Part shown: one piece after another, positions 13,279 to 27,492 of the stretch
Layout: each line of letters begins with the position of its first letter
Position numbering within the stretch: the first letter of the stretch is position 1
Assembly: GCA_951406725.2 (NCBI GenBank)
Contig: OX597819.1
Location: 27,528,001 to 27,592,000 of the forward strand
Length of the DNA: 64,000 nt
Direction: 5' to 3'
Source: Octopus vulgaris
Taxonomy: Eukaryota
Position numbers and translations under genes: made by a program
The notes under the pieces: model-generated
Told to the model about the DNA's origin: nothing
What the model saw: the letters and a program-made list of their open reading frames with translations, nothing else
The model's database searches: none

Positions 13279-14017
13279 ACGTTTTCATGTTTCTTGAATA
13301 AATAATTATTTTCGACGTCTGTTCCACAATTTACCGAAAATTCTCTGAAAGAAATTGTAGAAAGTAATCAGTGATTTCAATGCTAATACTAATTATTGAA
13401 TGCGAGTTTCGTTCATTCATTTATGCATACCAGCCTCCCCTCCCCACACCACCGATGTTACCCAAGGGAAAGGCAAACGCCGATACCACTTGGCACCAGT
13501 GACGTCCCAATTCATTTCTACAACTGAGTCAACAGGAGCAACGTGAAATACACAGGCCGGCCCAGGAAGAGAAATTTTTCCCACGAGAATTCCGGACCCC
13601 AGTTATGAACTCATTTGCATACGGCCAATCAGAGCTGAACTATCAAACTAATTTATGAGCGCAAAGCAACTGATGGGCGATAAGATAAGGTCACTTGGGT
13701 AAAGAATGACCATGCTTCTTTTCACTTTTAATAATGATTGTTGCTTTTGTTCCTGTTTCAACCATTGCACTGTGAACGTTTTTTGTGTTGTTTTGTGTTG
13801 TTTTTTACCTTGTTAAGCAGTAAGTGGAGAAGGTTACTAGCACATCACCCTCTACCCACATTTTCCCCATTGTTATTATTATGGTACAAGGAAGTACCAG
13901 CCTTGCTAGAAATAGGAGTCAGATGAACTCCGAAGCCACAGAGGGATCACGTATTTAAAATAGTCATGGTAAAAGACGAGCGGTGAATAAAAATTACAAT
14001 TCTTGCCTCTGCGAAGT

Positions 14018-14073
<56 letters not shown>

Positions 14074-14076
14074 ATA

Positions 14077-14290
14077 TACTCTTTTACTCTTTTACTTGTT
14101 TCAGTAATTTGACTGTGGGCATGCCGGAGCACCGCTTTTAGTCGAGCAAATCGACCGCAGGTCTTATACTTTGTAAGCCTAGTACTTATTCTATCGGTCT
14201 CTTTTGCCGAACCGCTACGTTACGGGGACGTAAACACACCAGTATCGATTGTCAAACGATGTTGGGGGGGGGACAAATACAGACACATTA
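14077..14290 (-). mobile_element. SINE family A, 3' half
   Basis: ctcttttactcttttacttgtttcag...gtaaacacacc. Confidence 0.8.
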
Positions 14291-15060
14291 TATATACACA
14301 CACGTACATATATATATATATATACATACATACAGAACCACGCTCGTTTCAAATAGGTGAGGTCTCTGTGACTTCGAAGTGATGGTATGGGCGTGCGTCT
14401 ATGTTTAGACATCTCCACATGTACATATTTACATGTACGTATTAATACATGCCAATGCTTGTATTGTAGGTGTTTATTACTGTCATTCAATAACTGTCTA
14501 GCAGCAATTCCTGCAGTGAATCTGGAGCCAGAATGTAATAAGCACAGTTATCTTCCCCCTGGAAATTCTCGTGATTATTAAATCGCATACACTCCTTGAA
14601 TAGCCCACCCGATATTGCAACTCAAGAGTAAGTGGGTGAACAAGCAAATGATCTCAGTGCCAGGCTGGCTGTCGCCTGACTTTGCCTGCTGGTTATTCTG
14701 GCTGGCATATCTTCTTCAAACCGAGACACGCACCAACAACTGATGAAGCGTCGTTTTTTATGTTGTTTGTTTTGTTTTCCATTTGTATCGTTCGTTGTTC
14801 GAAAACGAACTTTTTTCGAACAACAAAAGAAACATATAGAGAAACGAGACAGGCAACATAAAAAACATTCCATTCATCAGTCTCGTTTCTCTATCTGTTT
14901 CTTTTGTTATTCGAAAAACGTTCGTTTTCTAAGTTTTGTTCTCATTTCTCATTTTGTTGACTTTTTTTTATGTACCTATATATGCATGAATATAAACATA
15001 TATATGTGGGTATGTACATATTGCATATATTTATATATTATTTATATAGTATATACATAA

Positions 15061-15130
<70 letters not shown>

Positions 15131-15134
<4 letters not shown>

Positions 15135-16050
15135 GTTGGTAATTAAGTTCCCGCCGTTTTTTTTTTCAATTGAAATTTTTAAAAAAGGTTTAATAAAATA
15201 TAACAACTAATTAATCATTAATGTATTCACCCTTGTTCACCAACTTCTTCCCAACGATCAACAAGATTTTCAATACCTCGTTGGTAGAAATCACCCGAAC
15301 GTCAAATCACCCGAAAAATTGATCCAACCAAGCTCTCAATTCTACATTTTTATTGGACGAAACTCCGCGCATAGCATTTGAAAGTGATGGAAATCCGTCG
15401 GTTCCAAATCAGGAGAGTACGGCAGGTGTGGCAGCACTTCCCAGCCATGCGTTTCAATGTGGCTTCCTTGGTCATATTGGTGATATGAGGGCGGACGTTG
15501 TCGTGCAGCAGAAGAACTACATGTTGCCCATTAGGTTTTTCTCTTGAATAGCTGTGTTGAATCGTCCCACCTATTGAACGTTAGGTTCCGTTCAAGCAAT
15601 TCGTAATAGATAATCCCTTCCAGTCCCACCATACGCACAACATCGTTTTACGCGGATGAAGATCTTGTTTCACACGCGGTGTCGCTTGTTTACCGGAGCT
15701 AAGCCATTCCTTACGCTGCTTCATATTGATGTACAGGTACCATTTTTCGTCGCCAGTAACGATTCGGTAAAGAAATCGTTGCTTGTGTCCATGAGTTGAG
15801 CGGTGACGAGCAAGCAAACCAGCGGAGATTATGGATCGTTGATTTTTGTAGTTGTCGCTTAAAGCATGCGGAACCCATGATCCATACTTCTGAACATTTC
15901 CCATCGAGTGAAGATGCTTCTCTATAGCAGTGTGGGAGCATTCCATTTTCTCTGCCAGTTCTCTTGTCGTTTGACGAGAATTTTCGTGCAAAAGTTGGTT
16001 TAGTCACTCTTCATCGAACTCAACTGGACGGCCAGAACGATATGCGTCTT
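15131..16050 (-). mobile_element. Mariner DNA transposon, 5'-truncated
   Basis: TIR ttaggttggtaattaagt abuts (TA)n; transposase remnants inside. Confidence 0.9.
15211..16045 (-). pseudogene. Mariner transposase pseudogene
   Basis: Motifs WVPHAL, IVTGDEKW, HPRKTMLCVWWD, LLHDNVRPH, PYSPDLEPTDF and terminal GEYIND*; frameshifted. Confidence 0.9.
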
Positions 16051-16175
16051 CTCGAAAAATAAGCAACAGGATATCAAGTAGTAATGCAGTACGACCGTTT
16101 CAAGCTATTCCATTTAATTGAACAATGCAATCATTACATCAATTTAAATGCAGTGCTATCTTCAGTAAATAATAA

Positions 16176-16390
16176 TAATATTTTACAACCTTAAATCTTA
16201 TAAGCGACCACCGTGTATTGACTGAAGAAAATAGTCTAATAATGGGACATATAAGCCCTCGACGGAAGTGGGATTTCTGCGCGTATTTGTTTTCCGTCAT
16301 GGACTTATATGCCCCAATATTAGACTACTTTCTTTAGTGAATACTCGGGGATCACTTATAAGCTTTAAGCTTATAAAATAGTATTTTTAT
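16176..16390. repeat. Imperfect ~210-bp fold-back element
   Basis: Arms such as gaagaaaatagtctaata/tattagactactttcttt and catataag/cttatatg. Confidence 0.65.
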
Positions 16391-16436
16391 TTACAAAATT
16401 GTATCTCGGCACCGCTTACCAAAATAATCGCAGACA

Positions 16437-16538
<102 letters not shown>

Positions 16539-16779
16539 ATGGATATATAAATATCAGTTTCAAATTTTGGCACAAGGCTAGCAATTTCAGGGTACTGGAG
16601 GAATCGAGTACATCAAACACAGTTCTCAACTGGTATTTTCTTTATCGACCTCTGCGAAATTTATACTCAGAGCGTTAAGGTGAACGAAATGCCGCTAGGT
16701 ATTTTCCCGGTGTGCTAACGATGCAGTCAAGTCGCCGCCTCTAAAAATAGATATCCATTCCTATACATGCAAAAATATA

Positions 16780-16857
<78 letters not shown>

Positions 16858-16876
16858 TACATATATATATATATAA

Positions 16877-16934
<58 letters not shown>

Positions 16935-17156
16935 GCATACATACACATATTATTCTTGTGGATGGGGTGTTTACACACACATATGTATACATACAAAAGA
17001 AGAACACAAGCGGGGTTCAAGATCCACAACATCTGTTTCGGTAGCATTTTATTGATGACTTCTTAGATTACACCATACCAAAATCCCACCATCATCAGGT
17101 AAATTTTAAACACATAAACAAGCAAGGTAAAACCAGAAAAGAGATCACACACTAAC

Positions 17157-17229
<73 letters not shown>

Positions 17230-17233
17230 TATA

Positions 17234-17340
<107 letters not shown>

Positions 17341-17665
17341 CAGTAAATGGTGGGATTGCGTTGACCGTACGTGGAGAAATGATAGGAGAGGCAAAATTAT
17401 AATAAGGTAGAATGCTAAATTGAAAATAAATTTTAATAAAAAAGGGTGAACGGAAAATTAAAAAAGAAAAGATAATAAATCAAATCGGTTTTCATGGTAA
17501 GGCAAATTTTCAAGGTTTGGAAGGGGAAAAGAAATTTTTTTTAAATTGAGGAAGGGGAAAAAAAAATTTACAATGTTTTTTTCAAAAAAATAATAATACA
17601 TATATACAAAAATTAATGAATAAGTATACCAATACATTGCAGAGTCTTTCTGCTTTTAGAGTTCA

Positions 17666-17731
<66 letters not shown>

Positions 17732-17736
17732 AAATA

Positions 17737-17923
17737 ATACATCACATCATTGGTAAGTTAAGACTTATCAGGTATGAATGCAATGGGTCTGCTAAACAAA
17801 ACATATTCTACAGAATATGAACGTTACATTGATTGTATTGCAAATGAAGTAAGTGTCTGTCATACAGTTAGACTTATTAGGTTCGTGTTTGATGAGTCTT
17901 TACTTACAAATGATGGGATGTAT
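17737..17923. mobile_element. MITE-like element with ~34-bp imperfect inverted repeats
   Basis: atacatcacatcattggtaagttaagacttatca versus tgatgagtctttacttacaaatgatgggatgtat; next to (TA)n. Confidence 0.55.
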
Positions 17924-18031
17924 CGTTTAATGTATAAATATTTATCGTGTGTGTGTGTGTGATAATATTTCGGCAAGACCTGCTAGTAAAGTGTAATTGA
18001 AGCAATTGTAGTATTATGCTTGTTTGCTCAA

Positions 18032-18097
<66 letters not shown>

Positions 18098-18268
18098 ACA
18101 TATATATATATGTGTGTGTGTGTGTGTATGTACGTATGTATGTATGCATGTATGTATGTATGTATGTATGTATGTATGCATGTATGTATGTATGTATGTA
18201 GGTATGTATGTATGTATAAACGGAGAAAAATGCTGGAGAATCAGTATACACCACGTGGCAAAATTATG

Positions 18269-18821
18269 AAGTGAAAATATGTAGAAAACATATAAAAAGG
18301 GGAAGAGACATACCTTCATTTCAGATAGTTTTAATATCTTTTTATAAAAAATATACATACATATTTTATTGATGGTAAAAGTCTCATAAAATGTAGGGTT
18401 ATCCAACCGGTTTTCCCTATTTAAATCATCTTTCAAGGGACATTGCGAAGTAATCATTCGTTGAATCACGGAATCACGCCATTTTGAATTTCTTGAAAAG
18501 TAAGAATGAATGGAGATGGTGGATAAAGAGAGGCAATAGGTGACAAGGGAAAAACTACCTTCTCAGCATTATTGAATAGTGGTAAATAAATCTGATTTTC
18601 TAATAGGAATGTGTAGGAACATGATTACTTCACAATGATTACTTCAAAATGTCCCTTGGAAAGCTAATTCAAATAGCGAAAACCGGTTGGATATCACTAC
18701 ATTTTATGAGACTTTTACGATCCATAAAATATGTACATATGTATTTATATAAAAAGATATTAAAACTATGTGAAATGTATTTCTCTTCCCCTTTTTATAT
18801 GTTTTCTACATATTTTCACTA
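18269..18821. mobile_element. Inverted pLTR-like pair (~190-bp arms) with degenerate HHRs
   Basis: Arms 18269-18458 and 18635-18821. TGTCC-CTTGGAA-AGCTA..TAGC-GAAAC-CG-GTT-GGATA at 18650-18692. Confidence 0.65.
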
Positions 18822-18845
18822 TATATATATAAAACTATATATATA

Positions 18846-19058
18846 CTACTCTTTTACTCTTTTGTGTGCTTCAGTCGTTTGACTGTGGCCATGCTGGAGC
18901 CCCGCCTTAAAGGGTTTTAGTCGAAGAAATCGACCACGGGACTTATTCTTTGTAAATCTAGTACTTATTCTATCGGTCTCTTTTGCCGAACCGCTAAGTT
19001 ACGGGGACGTAAACACACCAAAATCGGTTCTCAAGCGATGACAGGGGAACAAACACAG

Positions 19059-19100
<42 letters not shown>

Positions 19101-19163
19101 TGATGATAACAGTAATCCCTTGGATGGGTTTTATAAATTCCATCCAAGAATTATTACTCCTAC

Positions 19164-19225
<62 letters not shown>

Positions 19226-19800
19226 TATATACATATGTATATATATATACACACATATATACATATATATACACATATACACATATATATATTTTACTCT
19301 TTTATTTGTTTCGGTCATTTGACTGCGGCCATGCTGGAGCACCGCCTTTAGTCGAGCAAATCGACCCCGGGACTTATTCTTTGTAAGCCCACTACTTATT
19401 CTATCGGTCTCTTTTGCCGAACCGCTAAGTGACGGAGGCGTATACACACCAGCATCGGTTGTCAAGCAATGCTAGGGGGACAAACACAGACACACAAACA
19501 CACACACACATACATATATATATATGTACATATATACGACAGGCTTCTTTCAGTTTCCGTCTACCAAATCTACTCACAAGGCATTGGTCGGCCCGGAGCT
19601 ATAGCAAAAGACACTTGCCCAAGGTGCCACGCAGTGGGACTGAACCCGGAACCATGTGGTTGGTTAGCAAGCTACTTACCACACAGCCTCTCCTATATAT
19701 ATATATATATACGACGGGCTTCTTTCAGATTCCGTCTAGCAAATTCACCCACAAGGCTTTAGTCGGCCCGAGGCTATAGTAGACACTGAACCTGGAACCT
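18846..19800 (-). mobile_element. Nested or tandem SINE family A copies
   Basis: 3' half at 18846-19060, full copy at 19293-19690, fragment at 19710-19800. Confidence 0.85.
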
Positions 19801-19824
19801 TATTCATTTATTTATTTATATTAG

Positions 19825-20130
19825 AGCAGTCTTCGTCGGTTACAACGGCGAGGGTCCCAACTGATTCAATCAACGGAAGAGCCTGCTCGTGATATTAACG
19901 TTCAAGTGGATGACCACTCCACGGACACGTGTACCCTTAACGTAGTTCTCAGAAAGATTCAGCGTGACAAAGAGTGTGAAAAGTCTGGCTCTTTGAAATA
20001 TAGGTACTACTCATTTTTGCCAGCTAAGTACACTGGAGCAACGTGAAATAAAGTGTCTTGCTCAAGGACACAACGCGTCGCCGGAAATTGAACTCACGAC
20101 CTTACAATCGTGAGCCGAATAGCTTAACGA
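19825..20130 (-). mobile_element. SINE with family C head and family B-type 3' region
   Basis: acacgtgtacccttaacgtagttctc and agcaacgtgaaataaagtgtcttgctcaagg. Confidence 0.75.
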
Positions 20131-21013
20131 CTAAGACAATTTTTATTTTCATTCTCTTTGGAATTACTTTTCTCGCGGTTTGGGTTTGGCTGCCCTTTCT
20201 AGCATTAAGGTGTTCTGATAAGAGTCACCGCTCTATGTATGAATACTTATACGCTCTTATATATGAAAATATGTTGTCTATTGACGTTTATTTATTATAT
20301 ATGCTAGCCACCAGTATGAAAATTTATCTTAATTTTCACAGTAAAATTTTCATAATTTCAAAGCCTTTTAGTACACGGTTTTAATGTTATTATTTGCTGC
20401 TGACTATGTGACTGCGCTTGGCGGTTGATTTGAAAACATAATGTACAAGTATGCAGCACGCGGTGTGATTTCGGTAGGTATTAGCTATATAATTATGCAT
20501 TGTCTTAACTATCCCACTGGCGAAGTATCGATGACAAATAAATTTATTTCTTCATTAATACAGAAACTCGAGTTTGGGGTTAACTATAAATAATTTTTGT
20601 TTTCATTCCCATTGGAATATTTTTTTTTTTCGTGGTTTGGGTTTGGCTGCCCTTTCTAGAATGTAAGGCGTCCTGTCAAGGGACACCTCTTTGTATAAAT
20701 ATTTATACACTCTTATATATGAAGATATGTTTTGTATTGACTTTCATGAAGATTTTTCTAAATTTTCTACCCTTATAATTTTCACAGTATATATATGTAT
20801 ATATATATATATATATATTAAATGTGTTTACGCGAAACGTTTTGAATATTTCTATACCATTATGCCGGATACAGTCTAATGGTGGTGACTGACGAATCAC
20901 CTGTTGGGGGTTGCACCGATCTGTTCTGATATTATGTAGGATAAATATAGTGATGATAACAGTAATCCCTTGGATGGGTTTTATAAATTCCATCCAAGGA
21001 TTATTACTCTTAC

Positions 21014-21067
<54 letters not shown>

Positions 21068-21109
21068 TATACATATATATACACATATACATATACAGGA
21101 ATTTATTTG

Positions 21110-21360
21110 TAACTGTAATATGTGACAATTATTCGGTAGCCATAAGACTCCGAGTTTCGGATGTCGGGGTGGAAATCCGCGCCGCTATCTCTTCAGTTAT
21201 CCGGCCATCGGAAAAATGCCATGAAAATGATCCCGACATCCAAATCTCGGAGTTTTATCATGGCTACAGAATAATTATCACATATTACATTTACAGGTAA
21301 ATTTCTCTATTTACATAATATCGAGGTCTCTTTAATTCTTTTGTTGTCTTACCATTTCTA
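21110..21360. mobile_element. Inverted pLTR-like element
   Basis: Arms taatatgtgacaattattcggtagccataagactccgag / ctcggagttttatcatggctacagaataattatcacatattac. Confidence 0.7.
21142..21200 (-). ncRNA. Type I hammerhead ribozyme
   Basis: ATAA-CTGAAGA-GAT...ATC-C-GAAAC-TCGGA-GTC-TTAT; GUC triplet. Confidence 0.7.
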
Positions 21361-21363
21361 TCA

Positions 21364-21449
<86 letters not shown>

Positions 21450-22019
21450 CCCCATACATACTTCTGTGTGTATGTGTGTGTGTGTGCGCGCGCGCCTGCG
21501 TGTTCCTGCGTGTCGCATCTCTTCTCTAATATACTCACAAACACACACGTTTATATGAATGTATATGCTTGTGTGTGTGATAATTAATCGTTGAACCTTC
21601 TATTTCTCAATGCAACACTGCACAGAGACTTTTATACGCCAGATCCCATGCTCCCTGACAGACTTCAATTATCTTTCGACAGAATGCAAACATCAGAAAC
21701 GTTAGAAACGAAATATGTTAATAACTGCTCGTAATTGAATACTGTTAGTGTTCTCAATTCTTTACCAACCTACCCATTTACCCACCTACCGAGCCTTCCT
21801 TCTCTTGTACATCCTCATTTTACTGTTTACACCAATTAAACAGCAATTAATGGCAAAATTAATAATGAGGCTTTCTAAATCTGGTACAAGACCACGAATC
21901 CTTTTTTTTTCTTTTCGAAGAGGATGTAGGAATAGTTCTGTAGTTGATTTAATGGACTACATAACTTCAATGGTTTCTTAATTTATCGCCTCCAACCCCA
22001 TCTGTACATCCTGATCTGG

Positions 22020-22340
22020 TGAATGCGCGTGGTTTAGTGGTTAGGGTAGTCCGGCTCACGATTTTTACTTCACGAGTTCGATTCCCGTCTTTGCCTTGTG
22101 TCCTTCAGCAAGACATTTTATTTCACGTTGCTCCAATCCCCCTCAGCAGGCATAAATGAGTTATACCTGTATTGCAAAGGGCCAGCCTTATCACATTCTG
22201 CGTCAAGCTGAACCTCCCTGGCAACTACGTTAAGGGTACTCGAGTCTCTGGAGTGCTCAGCCACTTGCATCTTAATTTCACGTGAAGACTCTTTAGTTGA
22301 TCGGGTCAACTGGAATCCTTGTCGTCGTAACCGATGGAGT
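22020..22340 (+). mobile_element. SINE with family C head and B-type tail
   Basis: gcgcgtggtttagtggttaggg...gttcgattccc...gtcgtcgtaaccgatggagtg. Confidence 0.75.
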
Positions 22341-22459
22341 GACAGTTTTTTACAGTCTGATCTGGTAACATAAAACTTAAATGCAATCTCAGTGGAATCT
22401 GAACACAGAACGAAAAGACAAGCTTTACTTAAATACGACATGATATTTTTTTTCACATA

Positions 22460-22634
22460 GGCCCAGGAGTGGCTGTGTGGTAAGTAGCTTGCTTACCAAC
22501 CACATGGTTCCGGGTTCAGTCCCACTGCGTGGCACCTTGGGCAAGTGTCTTCTGCTTTAGCCCCGGGCTGACCAATGCCTTATGAGTGGATTTGGTAGAC
22601 GGAAACTGAAAGAAGCCTGTCGTATATATGTATA

Positions 22635-22668
<34 letters not shown>

Positions 22669-22884
22669 TGTACTTGTTTCAGTCATTTGACTGCGGCCAT
22701 GCTGGAGCACCGCCTTTTAGAGTGGTGAAAGAGTACAGCAGGGATCACCACCTCCTGCCGGAGCCTCGTGGAGCTTTTAGGTGTTTTTTTCGCTCAATAA
22801 ACACACACAACGCCCGGTCTGGGAATCGAAACCGCGATCCTCCGACCGCAAGTCCGCTGCCCTAACCACTAGGCCATTGCGCCT

Positions 22885-22982
<98 letters not shown>

Positions 22983-23210
22983 TGTGTGTGTATATGTTTG
23001 TGTGTCTGTGTTTGTCCCCCTAGTATTGCTTGACAACCGATGCTGGTGTGTTTACGTCCCCGTCACTTAGCGGTTCGGCAAAAGAGACCGATAGAATAAG
23101 TACTGGGCTTACAAAGAATAAGTCCTGGGGTCGATTTGCACGACTAAAGGCGGTGCTCCAGCATGGCCGCAGTCAAATGACTGAAACAAGTAAAAGAGAG
23201 TAAAGAGTAT
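22460..23210 (+). mobile_element. SINE family A with a nested chimeric SINE
   Basis: Head at 22460 and tail at ~23200, interrupted at its (TA)n tract. Confidence 0.88.
22652..22886 (-). mobile_element. Chimeric SINE (family B head plus family A tail)
   Basis: Junction ctctttcaccactct|aaaggcggtgctccagcatgg, followed by poly(A). Confidence 0.85.
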
Positions 23211-23373
23211 CCCTGTCGGCTATTGACTTGCTAAAAAAATAATAATAGAAGAATAAAAATAGAGACGGTAGAAACTTTTCTGATGTCTCTCGTCTAGGAA
23301 GGTACTTTTAGAAATGAAGTAGGCTCTGTGTAGGAATGTACATAGGCATGTATGTGTGTGCATGCACGCTGAA

Positions 23374-23429
<56 letters not shown>

Positions 23430-23433
<4 letters not shown>

Positions 23434-23822
23434 TTTCACTTGTTTCAGTCATGCGGCTGTGGCGATGCTGGAGCACCGCCTTTAGTCGAGCAAATCGACC
23501 CAAGGATTTATTCTTTGTAAGCCTAATACTTATTTTATCGGTCTCTTTTGCCGAACCGCTAAGTCACGGGGACGTAAACACACCACCATCGGTTGTCAAG
23601 TGATGTTGGGGTGACAAACACAGACATACAAACGCATACACACACATACACATATACATATATACGGACGAGCTTCTTTCAGTTTCCGTCTACCAAATCC
23701 ACTCACAAGGCTTAGGTCGGCCCGAGCCTATAGTAGAAGACACTTGCCCAAGGTTCCACGCAGTGAGGCTGAACCCGGAACCATGTGGTTCGTAAGCAAG
23801 GTACTTACCACACAGCCACTCC
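23430..23822 (-). mobile_element. SINE family A
   Basis: Full-length reverse-complement match. Confidence 0.88.
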
Positions 23823-24244
23823 TATATATATATATATGATCCTCGCATATACCTTCCTAGACGAGAGTCATTAGGACAGTTTTTATAAGTAAATAAATAT
23901 ACTGTTTAATTACTTTGTTAATTACTGATTAATTGTCTTTAACTTACCGCTAACTATTGCAAACGTTCATTTAGTCTTGCTGTTTTTCTTTTTATTTTAA
24001 CCCATTCCTCAGTAATCTAGTTCTATTCTTGTTCCCAGAATTATTTTTCTCCATATCTAATTAGCCCTTTCTAATTTTGGTACAAGGCTAACAATTCTGG
24101 GAGGGAGGGGAAGTCGATTATATAGGCCCCAGTGCTCAAATTTTATTTATTTTATCGACGGTGAGGGGATGAACGGCAAATTCAGCCTCAATACTATTTG
24201 AACTCAATACATAAAGAGCTGGAAGAAATGCCACTCAGTATTTT

Positions 24245-24470
24245 GGCAGAAACGTTAGCGCGCCGGACGAAATGCTTAGCGGTATTTCGTCTGGCGCTAC
24301 GTTGTGAGTTCAAATTCCGCCGAGGTCGACTTTGCCTTTCATCCTTTCGGGGTCGATAAATTAAGTACCAGTCACGCACTGGGGTCGATGTAATCGACTT
24401 AATACCTATGTCTGTCCTTGTTTGTCCTCTCTGTGTTTAGCTCCTTGTGGGTAATAAAGAAATAGGTATT
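24245..24470 (+). mobile_element. SINE family D
   Basis: ggcagaaacgttagc...cctttcatcctttcggggtcgataaattaagtaccag. Confidence 0.85.
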
Positions 24471-24949
24471 TTATCTGACACGCTGACGATTGTGCCAGAT
24501 CACAGCCTATCCTTATTGCATTAATGTAAGCTTGCTAACTTTTCGGAACATATTGGCAAAGCTTAATATAGAAGTGGGAGGATGAGAGATTAGCTTGACT
24601 CTATTTTTGTCCGCAATCCGATGGGCCAAGAGGGAGGCCACATAGGACTTCCCTAAAGAATAAAAACACAGCCTGCTTGAATTTTGAAAGGCCCCCACTT
24701 ACAGGGATCCAAAGCCGTTTTATTCTACTTTACCAAATTAAAGGCTTAGTATCCTTACCACGTACGCATATGAGTTACCGCTTAATTTTGCATGAACCAG
24801 CGTGATGCTAAGTGCATTCGTACACCGTAAGCATTTGTTTTAGTGTTTGCACTGTCACACCTACCGGCATCCAGGACGTCTATGCTTTGCTCATATGTTT
24901 CTTTGTATATATTCCGTCAAGTTTATTTTTATTTAATTATTCATTTATT

Positions 24950-25219
24950 GCAGGCATGGCTTTATGATTAAGAGGTTCGCTTGCAATCACGTGGCTTCAG
25001 ATTCAGTTCCTGCGCAACAACTTAAGCAAGTGTCTTCTACTACAGAACCCGAGCCGACCAAAGCCTTCTGAGTGACTTTGGTAGACGGAAACTGTGTGGA
25101 AGCCCGTCTTGTATATATGTGTGTATGTGTGTGTGTGCGGGATTATTTGTATATGGGCTCGTAAACATACCAACACCGGTTGTCAAGCGGTGGTGGTGCA
25201 GACACAATGACACACACAC

Positions 25220-25307
<88 letters not shown>

Positions 25308-25445
25308 CCCATCTAGCAAATCCACTCACAAGGCTTTGGTCGGTCCGAGGCTAAAGTAGAAGACACCTGCTTAAGTTGCCTTTCAGTGGGACTGAATCTA
25401 GAACCATGTTGGTTGGAAACCAAGCTTCTTACCACAAAATCACAC
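24950..25445. mobile_element. Two degenerate family A SINE pieces in opposite orientation
   Basis: Plus piece at 24950-25110 and minus piece at 25155-25445. Confidence 0.7.
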
Positions 25446-25788
25446 CCGCGCTTTCACTCAACTTTTTATTTATATTCCACGAGCTTTTTTGTCTGTCTGT
25501 GAACAGAAAAACAAATCCAATGCATATAATAAATATTTACAGATATAACTCAATATCCGTATGTTAATTTTTTCAAGCAGATTAGAATAACTCATACATT
25601 TAGATTTTGTTATTATAGTTCGTGCCTTGCTGTAAGTCAACTACGAGTGTGGTATATAAACGAGATTGTATTATCGAAAGATTTCCTCTCTTCTGGTGCC
25701 GCTGATGGAGTGGATATACGTGCCTATATATTTACAGAGGTCTACTTCATGGAACCAAATAACAGCTAAAGTTCAGAATGTGTGTGTA

Positions 25789-25840
<52 letters not shown>

Positions 25841-26045
25841 TGTGTGTGTGTGAGTCCGTGTACATAATTTTAATGAGTATGTCTTCATAAATTTTCATTT
25901 CATTCCAATTTACATTGTATATGCTTGTGTATGTGTGTCTGAATATAAATACATGTGTGTGTATGCATCTATATTTGTGTGCATGCATATATATATATAT
26001 ATATCGGTGCGTGTATGTAATTTATATGTACGCTTGATACAAATA

Positions 26046-26102
<57 letters not shown>

Positions 26103-26158
26103 TCTCATACATCTAGACATGCATATATGCATATGTATATACAAGTTCACACACACAC

Positions 26159-26209
<51 letters not shown>

Positions 26210-26748
26210 TATACGACTTATGTACACATGCACACATGCACGTGTGTAAAATTCGTGCGGACTACGTGAATTAATCGCCCCCTCAGTGAACACTGGCCTT
26301 CTACCACCACCACACCACCACCACCACCACCATCATCACCACCACCACACCTCCACCTCTCTATCAAAAGTCTGACAGAATTCCTTAGGGACAAACACAC
26401 ATCGTGAAAGCGATTGGTCTATCTCTTCACTGTTCTAGGTTCGTACCAGCCGCAATCTAATGCGATCTGATAAGCGCGTATCGCAACCGATACCTTACTT
26501 CCCCTCCACCTTCACAACTTCCATGTCGTTCCTTGCCCTTGGGGTGTCGGTATTTTGTTACTAGGGTTATTCTTCTAATCGTGTTTCATCTGTCGGTTAT
26601 TGTAACCCACCATCCTTTCTCATTGGCATATCCCCATCCGTCATCTATTTCATTCTACTTCAGACCTTACTTTCTCTTCTTTCACTTGCTGTTCGTTCTC
26701 TGTCTCTGGTTCTGTCTCTGCATCCTCACCCATGTCTCTGTCTCTCTT

Positions 26749-26811
<63 letters not shown>

Positions 26812-26982
26812 TCCTCTTTTCTTCTCTCTTTCTCACATGCACACATCTCTTGTGGTGATGTGGAATTAGAAGTGCATGCATATGTATGCACGTACATTGA
26901 CATACATACATGTATGGCGTCTCTGTATTTGTGAGCGGAGGCATACATCCGTCTGTCAATCGAGCTATCTATCCATATACAT

Positions 26983-27039
<57 letters not shown>

Positions 27040-27040
27040 C

Positions 27041-27115
<75 letters not shown>

Positions 27116-27274
27116 TATGTGTGTGTGTATATATATATATGTACGTAAATATGTACATATACATACATACATACATATAGATATAAACCAATATACATAT
27201 ATACACACACATAGATATATACATATATATATATATATACATATACATACATATACATATATATTTATATATAT

Positions 27275-27344
<70 letters not shown>

Positions 27345-27442
27345 GTGTGTGTGTATATATATGTATATGTGTGTGTGTATATATATGTACGTAAATATGT
27401 ATACATACATATACATACATACATATAGATATAAACCAATAT

Positions 27443-27492
<50 letters not shown>

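Noticed and set aside
17020-17075. Minus-strand GAAAC-AGAT-GTT; similar half motifs at ~31285 and ~38800
   Set aside because: The CTGANGA half is missing or too decayed to call.
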